A stretch of 62,952 bases of DNA, filler included, from Hyphochytrium catenoides (Eukaryota > Protista > Hyphochytriomycota): NCBI GenBank assembly GCA_900088475.1. It is 6 parts of 6 records of this genome, joined end to end, with 100 filler letters (N's around TTAATTAATTAA, not from the genome) between each part and the next. Parts side by side here need not be neighbours in the genome. Positions count along the whole stretch, not along the records: positions 25,064 to 37,435 come from FLMG01001698.1; positions 37,536 to 50,821 come from FLMG01003504.1; 4 more parts are not named here. One strand, 5' to 3'. Positions 27,647 to 38,745 of this stretch are shown here, in pieces (the stretch's first letter is position 1; each line of letters starts with the position of its first letter). The position numbers and the translations under genes are program-made. The notes under the pieces were generated by a model, which searched no databases, was not told where the DNA came from, and saw only the letters and a program-made list of their open reading frames with translations.

Positions 27647-29476
27647 TTAAAATAGTCTGGGGCTCTTGTCCCCACGACTCGACGCGTTCAAACTCCTTGC
27701 CGAGGCCCCCAAAGCCCGTGCTGAATTAGAAGCAGTGGTTTCGGAAGCCGACTCGCGGTACTCTTTCTCTTCGAAGCAGGTTCCCACATAATAGAAAGCA
27801 ACAAGGCACACCAATGCAGAGGCAATGCTAAAGGTGTAGAAGAGCTCGAGCCTCCCCTCGTTGAGATCATTCGTGATGTCTGGAGCCATGATGATGCCCA
27901 TAACAGCAGTCAGTCCATTAGACAGCGCCGTGGTAAGTAGGAAGAGCGCGTGCGCAATGTGGGAGCAGGAGGGTGGAGACTGCTCATAGACAAAATAAAA
28001 GAGCACTGGGTTCACCATAATCTCACCTATCCCAGTCAGCGAGAAGGGAATAAACATCCAAAAGCCACTAATATCGCTCATATAAGTTCCCGGAGGAGCG
28101 CAGTTAGAAAAGGGCTCATCGGTCAGAACGTCTGACGCTCTTCTCTTCAACTCCAAAAAAATAGCCGAGGTAAGCGATAAAAATCCAAAAGAGAAGCCAC
28201 CGAAGATCTTTTGATGCCTCGTCAGTGGCGCCCTTTTCATCCTTCCGAGACACGGGTAAAGATACTTTTCCCATATGGAAGTGAACAGGATGATAGCGAT
28301 GTAGTCTGCAACGTTGAAAAAGGAGCCACTAATCTGCTGGGAGCCTACGATAAGGTCAAATTGGCAGGCTTGTATATTATAGTAGTTCATTGCGTTGTAG
28401 AGAAGATTGAAGCCAATGGACCCGGTGAATAACGTAGGGATGATCCTCAAGAGGTCCCTTGCGTCCTCAAGTGAGAGATCCTCCCTCTCATGGCAGTCTC
28501 TCATGAAGTGCGTGTTGATGTATCCAGGAATGAGTAGAGAAAGACCCAGTATGCCGAGACCATAGGTTATGAAAGAGAAGACCCTGTTCAGGATGAAGGC
28601 CTGGACCACGCTAAGTACCACGAAGGCCGCCAGAACGCACCAGCCAAACAGCAGTACCTTCCCCTTCAAGCTGTTTTTACTGCTATGATAGATATAAGAA
28701 CATAGAGACGCCAGATTGGTTCCCTCTGGCGCTACCCTGCGATACTTCCGGGAAGCCCCGAGGAAGAATAGAAGACCTATGAGCATACAACTGCCAGCCA
28801 CTAAGTAAGCTGAAAAGTACCCATATTCCCGAGGGATAAGCGGAGAAAGGCCGTTGGTAGCCAACGTCGTGAGGTAGCCGTAAGCCACCAGCGCGCCAAC
28901 ATTGATCGCGATGTAGAATAAATAGAACCACTTCTCTTGTTCTTTCGCCTCCCGATGGTTCGCTGTATCAAACTGATCAGCCCCAAACGGGCAGACGCAT
29001 GCCTTTATGCCTCCAGTCCCCAGCGCCACGAGTCCTAGCACACCCACTATATACAGTTCCCTCTGCAGTTCACGTGGATGTGCCGCGAACGTAGCGCAGA
29101 AAAGTCCCAGCAAATAAATAAGAGAGAAGCTCATGATGGTCTTAAACCTGCCCATGCCCGCTTCGGACAGGTAACCCCCTAGAATGGGGCTCAGATAACA
29201 GAACATGCCCATAATGTTGTTGATCGCTCCGGCTTCCGCGGCCGAATAGCCCACAGTCTCTAAGAAGTACGGCTGCGAACCAAAAAAGGTGTAAAAGCAA
29301 AGTCTTTCCATCAGCTCGATGGTAAGAATCCAGGTGCAGACACCGACCAGCTTTGACTTATACCGTCGGTCCTCCTCACTAACGCTAGAGTCTGATGCCA
29401 TTATCCTGGAGTTTGGTGTGAGCATTTCGTCGCCATCCGAGAAGGCTGGACTGGACTTGCTATCCCAGCGAAACAT
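27647..29476 (-). CDS. Proton-dependent oligopeptide transporter (POT/PTR2/SLC15 family), 609 aa, intronless
   Basis: ExxER motif (IELMERLCFY), GGYLSE..GRFKTI, LGTGGIKACV.PFGADQF, FY.FY.AINVGAL, about 12 hydrophobic segments, C-terminal FVYEQSP and LNEGRLE.FY. Confidence 0.95.
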   Translation of the reverse strand: MFRWDSKSSPAFSDGDEMLTPNSRIMASDSSVSEEDRRYKSKLVGVCTWILTIELMERLCFYTFFGSQPYFLETVGYSAAEAGAINNIMGMFCYLSPILGGYLSEAGMGRFKTIMSFSLIYLLGLFCATFAAHPRELQRELYIVGVLGLVALGTGGIKACVCPFGADQFDTANHREAKEQEKWFYLFYIAINVGALVAYGYLTTLATNGLSPLIPREYGYFSAYLVAGSCMLIGLLFFLGASRKYRRVAPEGTNLASLCSYIYHSSKNSLKGKVLLFGWCVLAAFVVLSVVQAFILNRVFSFITYGLGILGLSLLIPGYINTHFMRDCHEREDLSLEDARDLLRIIPTLFTGSIGFNLLYNAMNYYNIQACQFDLIVGSQQISGSFFNVADYIAIILFTSIWEKYLYPCLGRMKRAPLTRHQKIFGGFSFGFLSLTSAIFLELKRRASDVLTDEPFSNCAPPGTYMSDISGFWMFIPFSLTGIGEIMVNPVLFYFVYEQSPPSCSHIAHALFLLTTALSNGLTAVMGIIMAPDITNDLNEGRLELFYTFSIASALVCLVAFYYVGTCFEEKEYRESASETTASNSARALGASARSLNASSRGDKSPRLF

Positions 29477-30532
29477 CTTTTAGTTCGCAGGATGGTCACT
29501 ATAGCGACTCTTTGAGATGAGGTACTCCAAGCAAGATTGGGCTTGTTCCGTCCATTGACCCACTATTGTATGGGAACTCCCGAAGGCTGGTTATAGAGAG
29601 AACTTTGGTATGCTTGCTACGTGCAGCTAGGTTACGCCAAGACATGCACTGCGGCGTCCCACGTAGTTATGGTCCAAGAGCCTAAGGAACTCCCGGACAC
29701 TGCGCACCTCCTATACTTCTGGACATGCAAAACCAGCCCATGGCGGGCCCTACCTCACAGGAACCAAACTTGAAAAGGAAGCGCCAGGTCCCCAGGGAGC
29801 TTTAAAAACGTAGCAGTAAGGGTAGCTTACCAGCTATGCCATCCTGCTCTAAAAAGCCTGAGTGATCCACAGCTACAAAGCAACAAGGAGTTCAAGGTTC
29901 AAGGAGCTCACAAATCTCCTGAATCTTCATTGTGTGTTGCCGTCTGGGAATCAGGGAGCTGCAGATGAAGTTCTTCGTTGAAGCTGTTGCAGCGGCGCAA
30001 GGCTGTCAGAACCTATTCCTCCAAAGCAGAATCAGCACTTGATGAACGGGCTACAGGATTGTAGAAATGGCTAGCGAGACTCCTCCTCCAGCGTTATAGT
30101 ATGGGGCAGATACTACCTGATCCTTCGCCGCCTGATGTTACATCACTTCCACTGTGCCGTTGTCATGAGGAGGAGCACTGGCCCAAAACAATGAGAGACT
30201 GGCGCTGCTGTTTTAGGCGCCTCCAAAATTAATACTCCAGAGAAATGGCAATCAGAGGAACGAAGAGGGAACTGTGTATCTACCGAGAATAAGAGGTACA
30301 ATCATAAAGTAAAGTGAAGAAGCATGCTAGCTTTTTGATCTATTATCAAATCGTGTGGTGTATACTAGTTACTGCTCCAACTGATCTCCAGGTATCTAAT
30401 CTTTGATCTGCGGCAGGCTCTCTCAAAGATAAAGACAGCGGGAAAGCTGTCTGCCCAGAAGCCGTTTCTGCTAAGATCTGCCTGATGCTTGCTTGAACTG
30501 GATGATAGACAGACTTGGCCTTTTCTCTCTCC

Positions 30533-30590
<58 letters not shown>

Positions 30591-30750
30591 GACTGCTTCT
30601 TATCGTCCCCTCGGCTCATTGAAGTCTTCCTCAGCAGTTCTACGGCTGGCCATCTTTCTGGCGAGGCAACTCTGTCACTTTCAGTCTAGCAGTCTAGCGC
30701 CATAATCAAAGAGCAAAAGAGAGATTAAATTCTCCACTTTAACAGTCACG

Positions 30751-33700
30751 ATGGACTATCTGAAACCTCTGGCGGACTACATTGACCAGCTGAATGCAAG
30801 AATCGCAGCGCTGGAGGCCAAAGTGCGTCTCGCTGTCCATCACTTTGCATTGTGGACTCGCTGCGTTGCTGAAAGCTCTCTAACCAGCTGGCTAATTTCT
30901 GGCGTAGGTAAACGCAGGACAGAGCACGCCTGCAGCCGCGTCTACTTCTCGCGCAGCACCTACTCTGGCTGCCCCTCAGCTTGTGAAGGAGGAGCCCTTG
31001 CCTTCAAGCCTTGTAGCGTATGATGAGCTCACTAGAACCCTTCTTCAGCCATTTCTCGATGCTGGAAAGAAGCTCGGAGCGGACGCGGCTAAGCTTGTAC
31101 GTATGAAGCGAGGATCCTTTAGCTCCACTTAGGTCTTCGTAATCCAGTCGCTGCTCTCTGCTTTAAAGCTCTTTCTTCCCTACTTAACAAATCTGATGCT
31201 CATTCAAAGGTATTAACCGCTGCTTGACTTTGTTAGCTTTGAGCGTGGGTACCTGGGGGCATATCTTGCTGTCTATCCGTCCAGCCTACGACTTGCCATC
31301 TTCTTTGTCACCTCCTTTCCGTCCTTTCTGGCATTAATCACATGAGACCATACAGAGTGCCATCGTAGAAAGCGCATTCGCTGGCCAGCGTCAGTTCTTG
31401 CTAATGGCCTCCCGCTGCAAGAAACCTGCGAACCCACAGGACCTCTTGGTAAGATAATAGGAGCATTACCAAAAGATAGGCCATCCTCCGTCTGCTGATC
31501 TTCTGTGCTTTTTGCCTCGGTTCTCTTCCATCCTGATAATCCGCATGCTTCCTTTTTGAAGCGTCCCTTCCTCAGTACTGTGGGCTCATTAATTGTCTTT
31601 GGTCTCCCAGTCTTGTCTCACCCGCGCGCTTATACTCTTACATTCTGTGCTCTAGCCGGCGTTGTCTGCCATCCAGCAAGCCATAAAAGATGTAGCTGGT
31701 ATGCGCGACAACAGAAGCGAGTGGGCAAACCACCAAAATACTGTCAACGAGGGGATACAGAGTTTATCCTGGCTCACGGTGGTAAGCAACCTCTCTTATC
31801 TATGTCTTCAACCAAGTTTACAACGCTCTCTATGGATCCCCAGCCATTTTTGTCCTTCAACCTTGCTACCGCCGTTTATCTCTTAACAAGACCTCACCTT
31901 AACGTGTTCCCCGGCGCTGACCCGCTTCGTAGGAGCCGTCTCCAGTCTCTTTCATTGAGTCTTTCGTAGGCGGTGCGGACTTCTGGGGCAACAAAATTAG
32001 AGTCCAGTATAAAAGCTCGTACGGCCAACCTATCCTTTGCTTCATTCTAATTTCAGCTCGCTCCTTTATGAGAGCCGCTCTCACTCGTACGCTCTTTTAT
32101 TGTTGATCTCTTATTCCCCAGAAGTGGGTGCCCTTCTGGCTCGTGATCTTTGTGACTGTTGCCTTAACGTCCACATGGAGAGCTTTTGTTGCTAGTCATA
32201 ATGACTCCACGCTTACATTTTACCCGCGCAGTAACCCCGACCAAGTGGCCTTTGTGAATACGTTTAAGGCTCTTCTTTTGGGACTCATGGACTATGTGAA
32301 GGAGCATCACAAGACAGGTGTAACGTGGAATCCTAGGGTACGCATCTTTAGAAGGTCCCTTGTCTCCTCATGGCCCTATTCTCCCTCTTTCTCTCTCTTT
32401 CGTCATCACTGACACTTCAGTCTCGTTATGTGGAACTTCCTTATACCGCACACTAAAAGCAGCTCCACTTATGCTGGCTTATCAAGCTGGTTGTTAATGG
32501 TTCTTTCTCGACTATATATTGCTCTTGTGGTGGTAAAATAGTCAAGGCTGAACATCTAGCCCCTTATGGCACTCAGTAAGCTCTGCCCCTTCAGTTAGTA
32601 TATGCGATTCTTCTGTCTCCCGCTCTCTCCGTTGTTAACTCTAATCGATGGCCCGTGATAATATTGAACAATATTCCAACCGCACAAGGGTACGGACTTG
32701 GCCACCTACAAGGCTCAGGGAGGAGCTGCTGCATCAACCGCCAGGCCTGCATCTCCAAGACGTCCAGTTTCTCCAAAGCCCGCTGCGAAGGAGGCTCCTG
32801 CGTCTGCTTCACTCTCAAGCTATGATGAGATTCTGGAGGGTCCCCTCTCTGCCTTCGTCGAGAGCGGTAACAAAGTGGGAGGAGATCCTGGAAAACTGGT
32901 GAGATGGATTGAGGTTTGAAGCCTGCTACTTATCCACTGCCCTTACACTGAGCGCTGTTCCTAGTCTATGTTAATCATTGTCATCTTGGACGGCTATTCT
33001 ACTCCTTCCTGCCATTTCTAATCCTTCACTGCACAGACAAGCCTCGTCAAGCAGGCATTCGATGCTCATCGCAATCTCTTAGTCGCTGCTACCAAGTGCT
33101 CCAAGCCGTCCAGTCAGAAAGACTTTGTAAGTGTACTTCGGCGCGATGACAATACGCTTATGCAAGCGAGAGAGAGGAAGGATGACGATGACGATAAGTC
33201 GAGGAAGTATGAGTAAGGTTAGAGAAGAGGCGGCGTAGAAGTAGGCGTGTCGATGTACTAAAGTGGAGAGAATTGGAAGATAACGAAAGTGGAATGAGCA
33301 TATTCGAGCAACGTTAGCGCTACTCCTGCAGCAGAAGGGGACGTCAGACTGATAATATCTAAAGATAAAAAACAAAATGGGAGAGAGAGAGAGAGAGAGA
33401 CAGGAGAACAGGGTTAGATGCTAACTCCATTATGTCTTCCCCTCCCTTTGTCCCTCGTCCATAGCAAGCTGCATTGGAAGATATCCAAACCCCGATGAGG
33501 GAGATCTTCTCTTCCAAAGACAATCGAAGCCCATGGAGCAGCCATCAGAATGCCATAGCGGAGGGAATCCAGTGTCTGGGTTGGGTTGGGGTGGTACGCT
33601 CGTCTCAACTTCGCTGTCTCTTGTTTCTCATTGACAACCAAATCTGGTTGTAAGGAGTGATCTGGGTATTCCATATTTCCTGGTTCTGTAGAGTGTGTCC

Positions 33701-36269
33701 CTGGTTCGTCCAACATCATATCGCTCTTGTATGCCCTCTGCTAAGCTCTTTGATTGTTCCAGGAGCCTGCACCCATACCCTTCATTGAGTCCTACATTGA
33801 CGGCTCAGAGTTCTGGTCCAATAAGATTCGAGTCCAATGCAAGACCAGGTAAGCTTAATCCAAAGTAACCAATGCCAGCAAAGAGAAAGAGAGCTAGAGT
33901 CGAGTTGAGGATGGCATGAGCGAATCGAGGGAGGAGCTGAGCTACCCTAACATGACGTCTCTCAGTGACCCTGACCAGGTTGCCTTCGTTAACAACTTCA
34001 AGTCGCTGCTCATGGCGCTGAAGAACTACGTTAAGAGCGAGCATACAGCGGGGCTCTCTTGGAATAAGCAGGTCCATACTACTCTTCTTCCTGTATTGCT
34101 CTGCCTTGCATCTGCTAGTTCTTGAAGGAGTTCTCGTCCTCTTTTCACCAAACAAGGCACCCTGTTCCCAATAAGGCAGTCTTCCTGACTCCAGGGTCTT
34201 CGCATGAATAGTAGCTTACATGATCAATCTGGGCCCTTCTTCTGTCTCTTCCTGGTTATGCAGGGTGTAGACTATGCTTCGTATAAAGCTACCCAGGGAG
34301 CTGCAGAAACAGCGGCAGCTCCAGTGGGGAAAGTAGAGAAGCCCCCTGCTGGTGCGATGGGAGGTTTGTTTGCGAGCATCAAATCAATTGACCAGAGTCA
34401 AGGAAAGGTAACCTGGAGGATCTTCTGTTGCGGTTGGCTGTCGTCCCGTTGACTCTTTGTTATTCTATGTTCTGCCATGGTGTTATTGCGCAACCTTTGG
34501 TGGCTAAGGTGTGGTCAGGATAGATTGAGCCGCCGTCGGCGTGTATTCCACCCTTTCCGTTTCCAATCTTACTTTCTGCTAACTCCGCGTCACTCTTCAT
34601 TCCATGTACGCACCGTTTCTGTCTCTTATGCCTTCCCTGTCTAAATAACGCCGCAAATATACGCCAGACTGCTGGCTTGAAGCACGTAACGAAAGAACAA
34701 CAGACTTGGAGAAAGGAATATCAAGGCGCTGGCGCCGCACCAGCAGCCAAGGCTGCGCCGTCACCCCCTAAACCTGCTGCTGCTGCGTAAGCTCTTCTCC
34801 TAATGCATTTCTGTCTTTTTATAGCTTCTTTTGTCTCTTCCGCACTAACAGCATATTGTGGCATTCAGTTCCTGTGGTGACCTTCCAGCTTTGACCCATC
34901 TCTTGCTTATCTAGTGTTGAGGGACCAAAGGGCCAGCCAGTTAAAGAGCTCCGACAGGACAAATGGATCATTGAAAATCAGGTAGGAGAAAAGAGCAGAG
35001 AGATGAAGGATTGTACAGGTCGAGCATGGTAGGAAAGACGGTGCAGATTAACCTCTTTGAGACGTCTGCGACAGCTAAGTCACGTTGATATGCATGCAGG
35101 GCAAGGGGCAGGTGGAGATTGATGTGGAGCTGAAGCAGCAAGTCATGATCTATAACTGCATTGGAGGCATCGTCAAGCTAAACGGAAAATGCAAGAGCAT
35201 CGCAATTGATAGTAAGCATCACTTAAATTTTACTTCTAGGCCCTCCCTCCTCTTGCTGGGCACGTGCTGATGTCCCTTTGGACGCTACGGACAGTGCCGT
35301 AAGCTATGTGGGTCACGCTATTTATTCTTTTCGATAAAGGAGACTATCCAGCTTAGTTTCCACCTGTTTTTACCTTGTAATTGCCCTCTCTCTCACAGTC
35401 TCCACTTTTTCCGCTTTCTCATCCCTTAGAGTGCTCCAAGATGGGGGTTATCTTCGACAACGCGGTCTCAGCGGTGGAGGTAGTCAACTCTAAAAGAGTT
35501 CAGATCCAAGTAAATGGAAAGGTAAGCCTTATGCGGTTGTTTCAATCTCTCTTCTTCACCTTGTCTTCCTGTCCCCGTCTTTGTTCTCAGTCCATTACCT
35601 TTTGACTATAATCCTAGCAGCTTTCGTCATCACAACCATAGGGAAGAGGCTGATGCAGTTCCAAACCATTTGTCTTACTGTTATCTACCTTTCCTCTCAT
35701 CAGTCCCCTCCCTGAATGCTATACTTGCCTTTTATTTTGCGCCGTTAGCCCTTTTCTCCTTTTGTTGTCGTATCGGACTCCCGTGTACTCCGCCCCAACT
35801 CTAACATATCCATCATCAGGTTCCCTCCGCGGCAATTGACAAGAGCGACGGTATTCTGCTTCACTTATCAGCGGAGTGTGCACAGGATATCTTGATTGCC
35901 AGCTCCAAGTCCTCGGAGATGAACGTCCAGTTCCCCGGGAAGGATGGAGAACTTGTAAGTTAACAATCTCCCTTCTTCCCTCCTCTTTCTCTTCAACGGC
36001 AGTTCCCCGTCTCCCTTGCCTCACAGACCCTTGTGCTCCCGGAAGATTGTTTCTCGTAAAATACGACCTCTCCATTGAGCTGTCACTGACGTCTATGTGT
36101 TGCTAACAAGCGCTGACAATCAAAGTGTTCTCCCACTGATGTGCGCTCCCTTACTATACACACGTTATTGTCTCTACTACAGATTGAGCGGCCAATCCCT
36201 GAACAGTTTGTCCATCGCATTGAGAATGAGCAGATCTCATCCCAAGTCTCCGACCTCTACAGCCACTAG
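30751..36269 (+). CDS. CAP: Adenylyl cyclase-associated protein (CAP/Srv2) with two tandem N-terminal helical folded domains, WH2 and C-terminal CARP domain; 17 exons
   Basis: N-terminal RIAALEAK coiled coil; two HFD copies (NH...EGIQ.L.W..VEP.P..FI...F.W.NKIR...Y.K..H..G..WN); WH2 GLFASIK...GLKHVTK; CARP YNC...KCKSIAID, IDKSDG, SSKSSEMNV, E.PIPEQF; stop TAG 36267-36269. Confidence 0.93.
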
Positions 36270-37534
36270 CTGGAAATGGTTGCATGAGACTGAGGAGGGA
36301 AGAATGAGACTGAGGAAGGAAGAATGATAAAAGCCGAAAGAGATGGCGCCATTAAGGCTGGACAAGTGGCCAGAAGTCAAGAGAGAGAGAGAGAGAATGA
36401 AGAGAGAGGAGTCTGCCTGGCTCCTATGCTTAAGCTCCTACTATTTGTTCTTCATAAGAAGTAGAAGGGGCTCTTCCAATAATAACACTCTCCTTAGCTC
36501 TCAATCATTCTTAGTTTCTCTCTCTTATTTTCTCTCTTTCTCTCTCTCTCTCTCTCTTTCTCTCCTCTTTCTCTCCCTTTCTCAGCCAACGGGCAGATAT
36601 TGATGATGAAGGACGGAAGGAGACCTGGCTCTTTTGTCTCTTCGGTCCAGGGCGTTAGCGGCTAACGTGACGGGTGTTTCTTCGCCTTTTCTGCGAGAAG
36701 CGGTGTGGTGTCTCTCTGCAGTGCTTGTAACAGCATCATTCGCGAGACAGAGTGCAACTCAGATACAAACTTATTAGGTCGAAGCCATACCATTGACAAG
36801 ACAGACAAGGAGAGAGAGAGAAAGAAAGAATGTGTTGAAAGAGTGCTGAAGATCTTCTTTCTTCTTTCTTCGTACTCAGACCCATTTCCAAGTTCTGGTC
36901 TCTGGCTTCTGATGCAAGACAGAGCTCAGAGCTCACCGCACCTCGAGAGTCACCAGCGCTTCCTTCTCCTCCATCGTAGATTCAATGGAGGAACCCAGAC
37001 GCTGATTTTCGACGACCTGATGCCGGTGATGTGGACAGAGAGATAGAAAGAGGAGGGACTAGGAGTTAGTTTAAAAGCATCAAAGGAAAAGTAAGAAACG
37101 CCAGCCCTAGGAACCTAGGGAACTTTTAAAGTCTCATCAGCCTCTGTGGAGCTCCGAGAGGAGAAGGCAGGTTTGCTTTCAACCCTAGAAGCCAAAGTCT
37201 ATAAGTAGAGGAGAGACAGACAAAGAGAGGAAAAGAGCGGACTCGGGGATCAAGCAACACTAGCTGCCATGGACCCTAGAAGCCGTCCGCGGCAACAACC
37301 TGCATCCGTAGGGTCCAGACCCCACAGATTGGAGGAAGGTAAGTGCAATCATACTAGCATTGGTGCCAAGCACCCTTGTAACTCCGGTCCCAATCTGTCT
37401 GTTGGATTTTCAAGCCCAACAGTCTATGTATTGAGNNNNNNNNNNNNNNNNNNNNNNNNNNNNNNNNNNNNNNNNNNNNTTAATTAATTAANNNNNNNNN
37501 NNNNNNNNNNNNNNNNNNNNNNNNNNNNNNNNNN

Positions 37535-38745
37535 NCGGCCCCAGACAGTCATTGGTGGGTTCCTCTGGACTTGCTTCGTCAGCAGAAGGCTCACTTTCTT
37601 TTTCTGCTTGTCGCGCTGCACTCGCTTCCCACTTACTTGCGCTGCTTCAGCGGCAGTTGCTTCTTCGCTCCCTATGATGGGAAACAAAGAGACATAGTCA
37701 TCATGTTGCTGCCTTTTTGCCTGTTTGAGTAGAAGGCCCCAGAGCGAGACTCGTCGATAACCACAATACGCCGCACAGAGATTCTCTTGGTCAGAGGATC
37801 ATACACGATAGCCATGGGTGCCAGAGTCATACCCTACAAAGATATACCGAGAGCTCCGCGCATCAAGCTTTCGCAGCATCGTCGACGGCTTTAAAGCATA
37901 CGCAAGTGAACCAAAGACGCGTAGATGACCAACATCAGGCGACTTGCCATACCACTTTTCGTAGGGGGTAGAGCCATCGAGGGAAGCAGTAGGACAGCGA
38001 TTGATCACATGAACTGCGGAGGCCAATGCAACTGCCCAAAAAAAACGAGGTAGGTCAGTAGCAATCAGAAGGCATCTCGTCGCCTGCATGACAGTTCTCA
38101 TCCAGCGTTCACAACAGCCGTTGCTAGAGGGAGAATAAGCAGGTGTCGGAGAGTGCAGGATGCCCCGGCGAGAGCACACTTTGTGTGCAGCACTGCTAAC
38201 GAACTCTCCCCGCGATCGGAGCGTAACTCCTTCACGCGCTCACCCGTCTGGTCCTCCATGAAAAGAATGAGTTCCTCCAACTTAGCTTCTGCTTCTCCTA
38301 TGCTCCGAAGAAATTGCACAAAGCACCTCCGAGAGTGATCATCCACCACGAGCAGAAAATGTACATAGCCTTGATAGCTACGAGTATTGACAATGCCAAC
38401 ATCGGCGTGCAAAAGTTCCAGCAGTCTTGTTGTCTTACGGGGCTGAGCGTGGTGTTGTCTTACGGGGCTGAGCGTGGTACTTCGCAACAATGCAGGTCTC
38501 ACAAAGACAGAGCTGCTGAGAAGCTCTATCAAGGGCTATGCCGGAAGCCTGCAGGGCTACTCTTCGAATATCTGTGTGGTTAAGATGATTAAGGCGTTTG
38601 TGCCACAGGGTGATAGGCTCTTGCTTGCTCGTAGCTGCGGCTAGTCTTGGAATAGAAGGGTCACTTTGTCCCCGTGCATCGTCATTGTCCGAGGAGTAAT
38701 AGACGGTTCCATTCGTCAAACCAATACGTCTCACTTGTTCTTGTG
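37535..38745 (-). mobile_element. Decayed Ty1/copia element: GAG-pre-integrase and integrase
   Basis: LWHKRLNH...CETC, LELLHADV, VDDHSR, LRSDRGE, AYSPSSNGCCER, TPYEKWYGKSPD..HLRVFGS, KLDARS..YIFVGY. Contains frameshifts, including one from a 25-bp tandem duplication at about 38428-38479. Confidence 0.92.

Noticed and set aside
36590-37200. Possible 3' exons of a minus-strand gene convergent with CAP
   Set aside because: Short frames with plausible splice sites but no recognisable homology; cannot be supported.
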